Program-made: the position numbers and the translations under genes
Origin: Candidatus Krumholzibacteriia bacterium
Lineage (GTDB): Bacteria; Krumholzibacteriota; Krumholzibacteriia; Krumholzibacteriales; Krumholzibacteriaceae
Assembly (NCBI GenBank): GCA_963836185.1
Contig: CAWIIQ010000001.1
Span: 2,163,309 to 2,227,308 of the forward strand
Length of the DNA: 64,000 nt
Direction: 5' to 3'
Shown here: piece by piece, positions 40,241 through 48,114 of the stretch
Position numbering within the stretch: the stretch's first letter is position 1
Layout: each line of letters opens with the position of its first letter
The notes under the pieces: model-generated
The model's database searches: none
Told to the model about the DNA's origin: nothing
The model's input: the letters and a program-made list of their open reading frames with translations, nothing else

Positions 40241-40819
40241 CTACGAGAGATTACGAAGGACTCCCTTTGCCACCGCTTTCAGCGTGTCAAACACGCCTAC
40301 ACCCTTGACCGCGACGGCCTCGAAAGCGGGGTAGTGCTTGGGATTGAGCTCCTCTTCGAGATCTGGCACCTCGATCAGATCGGGCAGGTCCCTCTTGTTG
40401 TACTGGATCGCATAGGGAAGTTCGTCGATCTTGAGATTGTACTCGGCGAGGTTCTCGTGAAGGTTGTAAAGGCTCTCGATGTTCGCGTCATACCTGTTTG
40501 TCTGGGAGTCGGCGACAAAGACGACACCGTCTGTCCCGCGAAGGATAAGTTTCCGTGACGCGTCGTAATAGACCTGTCCCGGCACCGTGTAGAGGTGGAA
40601 CCTGGTCTTGAATCCCTTGACCGTTCCAAGTTCCAGAGGCAGGAAATCGAAGAAGAGCGTCCTGTCCATCTCGGTGGCGAGCGTGATCAGCTTGCCCTTG
40701 GTATCGGGAGACACCTTGTCATAGATGTACTGGATGTTCGTCGTCTTCCCGCACAGCCCCGGTCCGTAGTAGACGATCTTTACGTTGATCTCACGCGAGG
40801 AGTAATTTATCAGCGACAA
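40241..40819 (-). CDS. mglA: MglA-type Ras-like small GTPase
   Basis: INVKIVYYGPGLCGKTTN (P-loop), TLATEMDRTLFFDF (switch region), NKRD (G4); strongly MglA-like. Confidence 0.85.
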   Translation of the reverse strand: MSLINYSSREINVKIVYYGPGLCGKTTNIQYIYDKVSPDTKGKLITLATEMDRTLFFDFLPLELGTVKGFKTRFHLYTVPGQVYYDASRKLILRGTDGVVFVADSQTNRYDANIESLYNLHENLAEYNLKIDELPYAIQYNKRDLPDLIEVPDLEEELNPKHYPAFEAVAVKGVGVFDTLKAVAKGVLRNLS

Positions 40820-40836
40820 CTCAGGCCCCTCCCCGT

Positions 40837-41337
40837 TCAGTCTGAGAACAGACTGTCTATCTCCATCTCGGCCTCGGCGGTAAATTCTTCACCGAGCTCC
40901 TCGTGGTATTCCTCGTTTTCATACTCGAGCTTGTCATACAGGCCCCTGATGACAGCGGCGAGTCCCTCGACCGCTTTTTTCGTCCTGAGCCTGACAAGGC
41001 CGAGCGTGGTCTTCTTGTCGAACAGCACTACCAGGATGATATCCTTCTCTACCCTTGCCAGGTACATACTCTCGTTGCTCCCCTGATGATACAGGGTCGA
41101 GAAATCCTTTTCCCCGATCAGCTTGGCCAGCTGTGCGTTAGCCTCGAAATCGGCTGCGCAGAGAGAAGCGAAGCTGTACATATCGAACCGCGGTTCTTCT
41201 CCCACGCTCGAGATCAGCTGACCAGTCTTGTCGAGAAGGATCACGCTGGTAGCGTTCGAGTTCTTCAGTAATTCCTGGAGCGTCGTACTGATCGCCCAGT
41301 AATCCTCTTCGAATACTTTCCAGTTCGTTCTGACCAT
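40837..41337 (-). CDS. mglB: MglB-type Roadblock/LC7 domain protein (GAP partner of MglA)
   Basis: Roadblock/LC7 fold sequence with acidic C-terminal tail, immediately upstream of mglA. Confidence 0.75.
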   Translation of the reverse strand: MVRTNWKVFEEDYWAISTTLQELLKNSNATSVILLDKTGQLISSVGEEPRFDMYSFASLCAADFEANAQLAKLIGEKDFSTLYHQGSNESMYLARVEKDIILVVLFDKKTTLGLVRLRTKKAVEGLAAVIRGLYDKLEYENEEYHEELGEEFTAEAEMEIDSLFSD

Positions 41338-41364
41338 TCTGCTTTCTCTCTCCCTTGCCCGGGA

Positions 41365-41967
41365 TCAATCGACCAACTCTCGCCCATCGAGGGCCTTGCT
41401 TATCGTACCTCTGTCGACGAACTCGAGGGAACTGCCGAGGGGTAGTCCCCTTGCCGGCCTCGTCACCTTCACATCGCATTCCCTGAACATCCGCGCGATG
41501 TAGAGTGTCGTCGTATCTCCCTCGACGCTCGGGTTTGTCGCTATGATGAGTTCAGTTATCTCTTCCTTTTCCACCCGCTCCTTCAGCACCGCCAGGTTCA
41601 ACTGCTCTGGTCCCACTCCATCAAGTGGTGAAAGAACTCCGTGTAGAACATGGTAGCGGCCCCTGAAATGGCCCGATCTTTCAAGAACGTAAAGGTCAGC
41701 GGGCCGTTCAACGACGCATAACACTCCTTCGGTTCTTCCCGGGTCGCCGCAGATCGAGCAGATATCACCTTCTGCGAGACTCCCGCATCTGTTGCAATAT
41801 CCGATTTCTTCTTTGACTCGCCTGAGCGCTTCGGCAAAACTCCTGACCTCCCCCTCGTTCATGTCGAGGATGGCAAATGCCAGTCTTCGCGCCGTTTTCT
41901 CCCCTACTCCAGGCAGTTTCCTGAAATGTTCTATCACTTCCTGAAGCAGCGGAAGACCCTGATCCAT
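41365..41967 (-). CDS. recR: recombination protein RecR
   Basis: HhH motif (LPGVGEKTARRLAF), C4 zinc finger (CNRCGSLAEGDICSIC), Toprim domain; start at internal ATG. Confidence 0.9.
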   Translation of the reverse strand: MDQGLPLLQEVIEHFRKLPGVGEKTARRLAFAILDMNEGEVRSFAEALRRVKEEIGYCNRCGSLAEGDICSICGDPGRTEGVLCVVERPADLYVLERSGHFRGRYHVLHGVLSPLDGVGPEQLNLAVLKERVEKEEITELIIATNPSVEGDTTTLYIARMFRECDVKVTRPARGLPLGSSLEFVDRGTISKALDGRELVD

Positions 41968-42073
41968 TGCTTTCTCCCTGTGTTTAGCAAGAATCTTGCC
42001 TTGTTTCATGTTCTGAGGCACGATGGGAAAAGATAAGCCGCGAAAAAGAATGGTGTTCCCTGCGGCGGAAGGT

Positions 42074-42385
42074 CTAGAACATCCCTGGCAGGCCCATTCC
42101 GCCGGTTATCGAGCTCATCCCGTCCTTCAGCATCTCTTCAATACGGCTGGCCGCCTCTGTAACCGCCGCGGCTACGAGATCTTCGAGCATCTCCACATCC
42201 TGCGGATCCACGACTTCCGGATCGATCGTCACGGAGACTACCTCGTGTCTGCCGTTCATGACCACCTTGACCATACCGCCCCCGGCTGAGGCCTCAACGC
42301 TCTTTTCAGCCAGTTCTGCCTGCATCTGGGCCATTTTCGCCTGCATCTGCTGCGCCTGTTTGAGAAGCTTGCCCATGTCCTTCAT
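42074..42385 (-). CDS. ybaB: nucleoid-associated protein YbaB/EbfC
   Basis: MGKLLKQAQQMQAKMAQMQAELA...GMGLPG is YbaB-like. Confidence 0.88.
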   Translation of the reverse strand: MKDMGKLLKQAQQMQAKMAQMQAELAEKSVEASAGGGMVKVVMNGRHEVVSVTIDPEVVDPQDVEMLEDLVAAAVTEAASRIEEMLKDGMSSITGGMGLPGMF

Positions 42386-42434
42386 TATGTTCTCCCCGTC
42401 TTTCTTGTTTATTGTTTTCTCCGGGACCGCCGAA

Positions 42435-44301
42435 TCAGTCCAGGAGCTCCGCGTCCAGGCTCTTCATGATCCGGTCCAGTGCCGGGCTTTCGGTTTTTGC
42501 GGCTCCGGCTTTCTTTTTAGCGGCGCGGGGGCCCTTTTTCCCGGGCTTCGCTCCGGCAACCTGCCTGTCTGCCGGCTCAGGACCCTCTTCTGCCCCTTCC
42601 GGCTCTTTGCCGCCCGGACGCGGTTTTGTCCGCGCGTCTATCTCCATCTTTGCCTGGTTGTCGGGACTGCCCACTTTGATATCGACCGTTTCACATGTCT
42701 CCACGGTAAATTTTCTTCCATAGAACTTTTCGAGATGATCCTCTATCAGCCGCCTGTTCTTCGCGTCTCTTATCATCGCCATGGCGAACCTGTTCTGCGG
42801 CGAAAAGGAGAGGATCAGGTTCCCATCCTCGATACCGGCGACCTCCGCCGACATCAGCCATATACCGACGGTGAGCTTCGCTTCCCTGACCTGCGCGAGA
42901 AACCGCTCCCACTCATCCCTGCCACCGAGAGCTTCAAGAAGGGGATTCTCCCTGACCGGTATCTCGGGGGTCCCGGATGGCCCTGCCGCCGGTTCTTCCG
43001 CCGGGGATGCCCCGGCCGCGGGCGAGTCGGACGGCGCGGCAGCGTCGACCATTGCCGACGACATCGCCGGCCCGGATCCTTCCGCTGCTCCCGGCCTTTC
43101 AGCCTGTCCCCGCCTGGCGGCTCCGCTGCCGTTCGCCGCGCTCCCTGATACCGCGGATGCGCCACCCTCTCCGGACTCGAGCCTGCTGATAAGTTCGCCT
43201 ATCTCCACCGCCGATTCCCAGGATGCGGCTTCCGCCACGGCTGCTTCAATATGATATCGCGGATTGCTCGTACCCTTTAGCTCACGGTGCGCCCTCGACA
43301 TCGAGCGGAAAATAAACAGCAGGTCCTCTATCTCGAACTTCTCCGCGATCGCGGACAGTTCCTCTATCTCGCCCGAAGTGAGGTCGAGCCAGTCGGTCCG
43401 GCCTGCCGATACCGAGATGACCAGCAGATTCCGTATCCCTTCGATGAAGCCGATGAAGAACTCTTCGAGATCCATGCCGGAAGCGGTCACCCGGTCCACT
43501 ACCGAAAGCGCCTCGTTCCTGTCACGGCGGCTCACCGCGTCGAGCAGTCCGGAGACGATCTGTGAATCGACCAGTCCCAGGACCTTCCGGACGGTATCGA
43601 GGTCGATCTTTTCTTCGGCGGCCGAAATACACTGGTCCAGCAGTGATTCCGCGTCGCGCATCGAACCGTCGGCCCTTCTGCATATCAATGTCAGCGCTTC
43701 AGCGATCGTACTTTATCTTCTCGGAATCGCATATCCTTTTGAGCTGCCCGGAGAGTTCGGACAGTTCGAGCCTCTTGAAATTGAATCTCTGGCAGCGCGA
43801 CAGGATCGTAGCGGGGACCTTGTGCGGCTCTGTCGTCGCGAATATCAGGTAGACATGTCCCGGGGGTTCCTCGAGAGTCTTGAGCAGGGCATTGAAAGCC
43901 TGCTGAGTGAGCATGTGGACCTCGTCGATGATATAGATCTTCGAGCTGGACTGCGAGGGGGCGTACCCGATCTTCTCCCTCAGGTCCCTTATCTCATCGA
44001 TCCCCCTGTTGGATGCACCGTCGATCTCTATCATGTCGAGATGGTTGCCGCTGTTTACGGAGACGCATGAGGAGCACTTGTTGCATGGCTCGCCGTTGTC
44101 GGGTTCCTCGCAGTTGATGATCTTCGCGAGCAGCCGAGCCGTCGTGGTCTTGCCGCAACCGCGCGGTCCAGAAAAGAGATAGGCATGCGCCAGCCTGCCC
44201 TTCTCGTAGGCCTTCTGGAGTGTGGACGTGACATGGTCCTGGCCGACTACCTCGGCGAAGGTCCCGGGTCTCCATTTTCTGGCAAGCACGAGATAAGACA
44301 T
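42435..44301 (-). CDS. dnaX: DNA polymerase III subunit gamma/tau, interrupted by a 1-nt frame change near 43695
   Basis: N-terminal AAA+ module (GPRGCGKTTTARLLA, zinc module CNKCSSC, SRCQRF) in ORF 43699..44301; continuation (IAEALTLICRRADGSMRDAESLLDQ...) in ORF 42435..43688; reading is restored by inserting one A in tacgat^tcgctg. Confidence 0.9.
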
Positions 44302-44379
44302 GAGCGCAGTCCCCCGGTAAGAAGTTCAGGAGACCGTGCACCCGGAATCGAAAGGCACCCCCGGCTCTTGCGTCAGGGT

Positions 44380-44495
44380 TAGCTCCTGTCAGGATACCCG
44401 CGGCACATAAGAATGACTGCGTACCGCTGCTACCTTCCGGTCCTGACGGGGTTGGCAGGTTCTCATTGCGCGGGTCCTGGCACTCAACACCACTT
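44380..44495 (-). ncRNA. ffs: signal recognition particle RNA (small, 4.5S type); boundaries approximate
   Basis: Minus strand GUCAGGACCGGAAGGUAGCAGC (44447..44426) matches the conserved domain IV motif GUCAGGUCCGGAAGGAAGCAGCC; location immediately upstream of dnaX is the conserved ffs-dnaX-ybaB-recR synteny. Confidence 0.75.
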
Positions 44496-44611
44496 CCCGC
44501 CGCCGATCGCTCGGAGACAACGCTCCCTCAACCGGGAATTCGGCCCCGCTATAGCGGATTGCGGGTGCAGGGCACCGCTAATTCCCCGCCTAGCACGATC
44601 TCTGATAGAAA

Positions 44612-44687
44612 TGGTGGAGATGATCGGATTCGAACCGACGACCCCCTCGTTGCGAACGAGGTGCTCTCCCAGCTGAGCTACATCCCC
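44612..44687 (-). tRNA. tRNA-Ala (anticodon CGC)
   Basis: GGGGAUGUAGCUCAGCUGGGAGAGCACCUCGUUCGCAACGAGGGGGUCGUCGGUUCGAAUCCGAUCAUCUCCACCA; G3:U70 identity pair; anticodon loop UUCGCAA. Confidence 0.9.
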
Positions 44688-44740
44688 ACCCTTTATTATC
44701 AACGCCGGCCCGCTTACCACGGCCCGGCAGTCCAATCCAA

Positions 44741-44830
44741 TGGCGGAGAGAGAGGGATTCGAACCCTCGGAGGAGTTGCCCCCTCAACGGTTTTCGAGAC
44801 CGTCCCGTTCAACCGCTCCGGCATCTCTCC
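44741..44830 (-). tRNA. tRNA-Ser (anticodon CGA)
   Basis: Type II tRNA with long variable arm; anticodon loop CUCGAAA; T-loop GGUUCGAAUCC; encoded CCA. Confidence 0.88.
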
Positions 44831-44839
44831 GTCGGGAAC

Positions 44840-44866
44840 TATATATAATCGGCGCCAAGATATCAA
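44840..44866 (-). promoter_or_regulatory. candidate sigma70-like promoter for tRNA-Ser(CGA)/tRNA-Ala
   Basis: Minus strand TTGATA-N15-TATATA ending about 10 nt upstream of the tRNA 5' end. Confidence 0.35.
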
Positions 44867-44900
44867 TAGCGGAGAGTCGTATTGTCTGCTGATTATGTGA

Positions 44901-44990
44901 ATTAATGGCCGGGACGGACATAATTAATGGCCGGGACGGACATGATTTACGCCAGGATTGGATATAATTTATGCCGGGATGGACATAAAA
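44901..44990. repeat. four tandem copies of a roughly 22-bp repeat (ATTAATGGCCGGGACGGACATA and diverged copies)
   Basis: ATTAATGGCCGGGACGGACATA / ATTAATGGCCGGGACGGACATG / ATTTACGCCAGGATTGGATATA / ATTTATGCCGGGATGGACATAAAA in direct tandem, in AT-rich spacer between two tRNA-Ser genes, ending at the 3' end of tRNA-Ser(GGA). Confidence 0.8.
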
Positions 44991-44991
44991 A

Positions 44992-45082
44992 TGGCGGAGA
45001 GAGAGGGATTCGAACCCTCGGAGGAGTCACCCCCTCACACGATTTCCAATCGTGCCGATTAAGCCAGCTCTCGCATCTCTCC
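44992..45082 (-). tRNA. tRNA-Ser (anticodon GGA)
   Basis: Type II tRNA with long variable arm; anticodon loop UUGGAAA; encoded CCA. Confidence 0.88.
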
Positions 45083-45090
45083 GCTAATAA

Positions 45091-45140
45091 TCTGTCAGGG
45101 ACCAGTCCACGCAGTATCGGAGACCAGTCCACGCACCATC
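45091..45140. repeat. two direct copies of GACCAGTCCACGCA, 23 bp apart, immediately upstream of tRNA-Ser(GGA)
   Basis: gGACCAGTCCACGCAgtatcggaGACCAGTCCACGCAcc read directly from sequence; lies between tadA stop and the tRNA 5' end. Confidence 0.7.
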
Positions 45141-45165
45141 GAGTGTCATATCAACCGGGTGCGTC

Positions 45166-45615
45166 TCAGTCCTCACGTAATCTAGTAAAAAACTTCCTCA
45201 GAAGCAAAAGACATTCTTCCTCGAGCACCCCGCTCTTGACGATCAGCCTGTGACCGTACAAGTCCGCGTGGTGAAGGTCACCTACAGATCCGCAGGCGCC
45301 GCTTCTAGGCTGCCTCGCCCCGTAGACGACACGTTCCGCCCTGGCGAGATACAGAGCCCCGAGGCACATGTGACACGGCTCGGATGTGACATAGACGCTG
45401 CAGCCGTCGAGTCTCCAGTCTCCCGTCACGGCTGAAGCGCTGTCGATCGCAAGGATCTCGGCGTGAGCCGTAGCGGTCTTTCTCGTCTCGACCTCGTTAC
45501 GGCCCCTCCCTATAACCTCGCCGCCACGGACCACGACGGCGCCAACCGGCACTTCACCCGCCTCAAGGGCCAGCGCAGCCTCGGCCAGCGCCTCCTTCAT
45601 CCATCTCTCATCCAT
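45166..45615 (-). CDS. tadA: tRNA-specific adenosine deaminase
   Basis: CDA zinc motifs HAEILAI and SEPCHMCLGAL; size and sequence typical of TadA. Confidence 0.9.
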   Translation of the reverse strand: MDERWMKEALAEAALALEAGEVPVGAVVVRGGEVIGRGRNEVETRKTATAHAEILAIDSASAVTGDWRLDGCSVYVTSEPCHMCLGALYLARAERVVYGARQPRSGACGSVGDLHHADLYGHRLIVKSGVLEEECLLLLRKFFTRLRED

Positions 45616-45655
45616 CGGGTATATCTTTCAGCGTGCCTGCCGGCTGTCACCTCTG

Positions 45656-46369
45656 TCAGGAGCCCGATTTTTCGGGTATCGCCCCGACGAGCGACTCCAG
45701 GACAAGGACCACCACATCATCGAACGGAGGCGCCGCGTAGATATCTCCTCCCGATATCGAGGTCCCTGATACCCTCCTGTCGATACCTGCGGATGAGGAC
45801 TGGACCCTGTCCCCTTCACTCCGGACCGATTCCTTGTAATTCTCATCGGTCGCGTCCCAGAGAACATGCCCGTTGCCCGGATCTATCAGGCTGAGCGTCA
45901 TGCCTACCTGAGTCACCGATGCAGCCGCAGCTTCACGATAATCCGTCTCGTCCTTGTGCCACAGATATACTACGGGGACGAGCAGCAGGTCTACGTCCAG
46001 TTCCGCCTTGATCGCCCGGCACAGGTCCATATGCACTATATGCTCCCGGCTCCACTTGGTCTTGAATTCCTCGGACCTCTCCGCGAGGTCCGCTTTCGCG
46101 ACGACCATCCTGAACTGCTCCGGCGAAAGGAACTTGTAATCGTATCTATCGGAAACGAACTCCCAGAGGACCCTGTTGGGGATCCTCTCCGAATCGCGCT
46201 TCGGATCCTCGCCCCTGGTGATAGTGCTTATCGTCGGCAGGACCAGTATCGTCGTGTATTCTCCCGGGTTGAAATCAGGTTCGGCCTCTATGCTCACCGG
46301 ATGCTTCGATTTGCATCCGGCCATCGCGAGCAGTACGAGCGCGATTACTGATATTACTGTTTTTTTCAT
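45656..46369 (-). CDS. hypothetical lipoprotein
   Basis: Signal peptide with lipobox (LLAMAGC); no recognisable catalytic motif. Confidence 0.55.
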   Translation of the reverse strand: MKKTVISVIALVLLAMAGCKSKHPVSIEAEPDFNPGEYTTILVLPTISTITRGEDPKRDSERIPNRVLWEFVSDRYDYKFLSPEQFRMVVAKADLAERSEEFKTKWSREHIVHMDLCRAIKAELDVDLLLVPVVYLWHKDETDYREAAAASVTQVGMTLSLIDPGNGHVLWDATDENYKESVRSEGDRVQSSSAGIDRRVSGTSISGGDIYAAPPFDDVVVLVLESLVGAIPEKSGS

Positions 46370-46723
46370 CTTCCACTCCGGTTTCCAGTTGAAGGACTAG
46401 AATATCGCTCTGAAAGATACCAGTGTGATTATCGCAGTGTCAATCCGTATCAGGGCAAGACGTACAGGAATGAACTTCAGTATCAGGATCACCGGATCTA
46501 TCTATTACTGTACAGTTGCGCCTCCAGTCAAACTGCTCCATAAGATAATTTGGAAATCTTTCTTAATTTCTATATTGACAACATTTTGGAGGTATTTTTC
46601 GACCCGTCCGGACAGGCCTGCGGGATACCCGCCAGAGCGATACAGGCGGCCCGGGAGACCCGCCGGGGGAACAGGCCATCATCTCTTTTTCGCCTCCCAC
46701 AGGAAAACGCCTCTACGTTCTCC

Positions 46724-46753
46724 TGTCACGTCCCCGGGATCCCGTGTTATAAT
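46724..46753 (+). promoter_or_regulatory. candidate promoter (TGTCAC-N18-TATAAT with extended -10 TGT) upstream of the HNH gene
   Basis: cctGTCACgtccccgggatcccgTGTTATAATg about 40 nt upstream of ATG 46791, which has a GGAGG ribosome-binding site. Confidence 0.45.
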
Positions 46754-46790
46754 GTCTGTGCGTGGTGGGTGGACAATGGGAGGTGGAAGT

Positions 46791-47969
46791 ATGAACGACT
46801 CAATCCGGCTCGATTCCCTGGGCACTCTTTCAGACAACAGGCTGATACGACAGCTCGAATCCCTGAGGGGGAAGGAACGCATGCTCCTCGCTGCGGTCCT
46901 TCGGCACCTTCTGGAGATGGAACGTCGAAAGCTCTACCTGCCAAGGGGATATTCGTCTCTGTTTGAATTCTGCACTCAGCACCTGAAATATTCGAGATCC
47001 GCCGCAGGGAGAAGGATCGCAGCTGCCAGGACTATCGGGAAGTTTTCTTCTCTCGAGGGATATCTCCTCAACGGCGAGATCAATCTCTATTCCCTGTCCC
47101 TCATCTCGGGGATCCTGACCAGGGAGAATTTCAGGGAGATCGTCCAGGGGATCAGGAACAGGCCGACCCGTGAGGTCGAGGCCTTCGCGGCTGCGTACAG
47201 GCCCGCCCGCGTCCTGAAGGACCGAGTCAAGCCGGTCTGCGTGATGGTGCCCGCTGCCGCAGACGGAAAAACCGCCCGTCCGGGAAGGACCTCTTCCAGT
47301 CCCGGCACCGGTTCCAGTCACGGCACCGCCGGGTTCGACCCCACTCCCGGTGCCGGGAGTGCCGGATCTACTCCCGGCGCCGGGAGTGGAAAATTCCCCG
47401 CACCGGGATCGGGAAGACCGGGGCCCGAGATTTTCGAACATGTAAGGATCAGCAGGAAGTTCAAGTTCGAATTTGCCGTAAACAACGAGTTCAAGAAAAA
47501 GTTCGACCGCATGAAGGCCCTGCTCTCTAGCAGATATCCCCAGGGTATCAGTTTCGAGGCTCTCTTCATGTTGCTGATGGACGAATACATCGAACGTCAC
47601 AGCCCTGAGGGAAGAGCCGCCAGGCGGGAAAAACGACTGGCAGCGGGGACCAGCTGCGGGACCGGATCGTCAAACGCCGTCAATGGATCGGGCGGCGGCG
47701 ACAGATCCGGCCGGAGAACGCGCAACATACCGGCAAAGGTCCGCGACGAGGTCTTTCTACGCGACGGAGGGAGATGCACCTTCAAAGGCTCAGATGGCAA
47801 AAGATGTAACTCTAAATGGAACCTGCAGATAGACCATATCGTACCTTTTGCGCTCGGCGGGGACGATTCACCCGGGAACCTCCGGCTGCTGTGCGGGAAA
47901 CACAACCGGCTGGAAGCGGAGCGCGTCTTTGGAAGCCGGCACATGGAAAGGTTTAAAAAACGGGAATAA
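46791..47969 (+). CDS. HNH endonuclease with DUF222-like N-terminal domain and Gly/Pro/Ser-rich linker
   Basis: C-terminal HNH motif (CTFKGSDGKRCNSKWNLQIDHIVPFALGGDDSPGNLRLLCGKHN); N-terminal region resembles DUF222; start at ATG 46791 with GGAGG upstream (the upstream in-frame extension is low-complexity). Confidence 0.75.
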   Translation: MNDSIRLDSLGTLSDNRLIRQLESLRGKERMLLAAVLRHLLEMERRKLYLPRGYSSLFEFCTQHLKYSRSAAGRRIAAARTIGKFSSLEGYLLNGEINLYSLSLISGILTRENFREIVQGIRNRPTREVEAFAAAYRPARVLKDRVKPVCVMVPAAADGKTARPGRTSSSPGTGSSHGTAGFDPTPGAGSAGSTPGAGSGKFPAPGSGRPGPEIFEHVRISRKFKFEFAVNNEFKKKFDRMKALLSSRYPQGISFEALFMLLMDEYIERHSPEGRAARREKRLAAGTSCGTGSSNAVNGSGGGDRSGRRTRNIPAKVRDEVFLRDGGRCTFKGSDGKRCNSKWNLQIDHIVPFALGGDDSPGNLRLLCGKHNRLEAERVFGSRHMERFKKRE

Positions 47970-48114
47970 GGCAGGATCATCGAGCGCCATCTGATAACAT
48001 ACTTAAATAATATTGATTACTGTCTTGATTATCAGGTACGCGTGGTATAGCATCATGGCGTCTGAGGTCGCCCCGCCGGCAATACCACAGTGCCCTATGC
48101 TCTGGAGGTCTCAC

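Noticed and set aside
42505-42535. A AAA AAG slippery heptamer in dnaX as a programmed -1 frameshift site
   Set aside because: The heptamer lies within the last 30 or so codons of the gene, not at the mid-gene site that produces gamma in E. coli, and no downstream stem-loop was found. The actual frame break (about 43695) is inside the AAA+ module, where truncation would not give a functional product, so a single-base deletion is the better explanation.
44413-44900. Small ORFs over the SRP RNA and tRNA region (44413..44676, 44466..44900, 44484..44735, 44590..44787)
   Set aside because: They overlap recognised RNA genes (SRP RNA, tRNA-Ala, tRNA-Ser) and have no coding features.
46425-46790. 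122-codon N-terminal extension of the HNH endonuclease ORF
   Set aside because: The translation is low-complexity and AT-rich; the ATG at 46791 has a GGAGG ribosome-binding site and a candidate promoter upstream, so the gene most likely starts there.
48013-48060. Promoter upstream of the octaheme cytochrome gene (two TTGATT boxes and TGgTATAGC)
   Set aside because: Spacer lengths between the candidate -35 and -10 elements are 13-15 or 27 nt, outside the usual 16-19 nt range, so no promoter was called.
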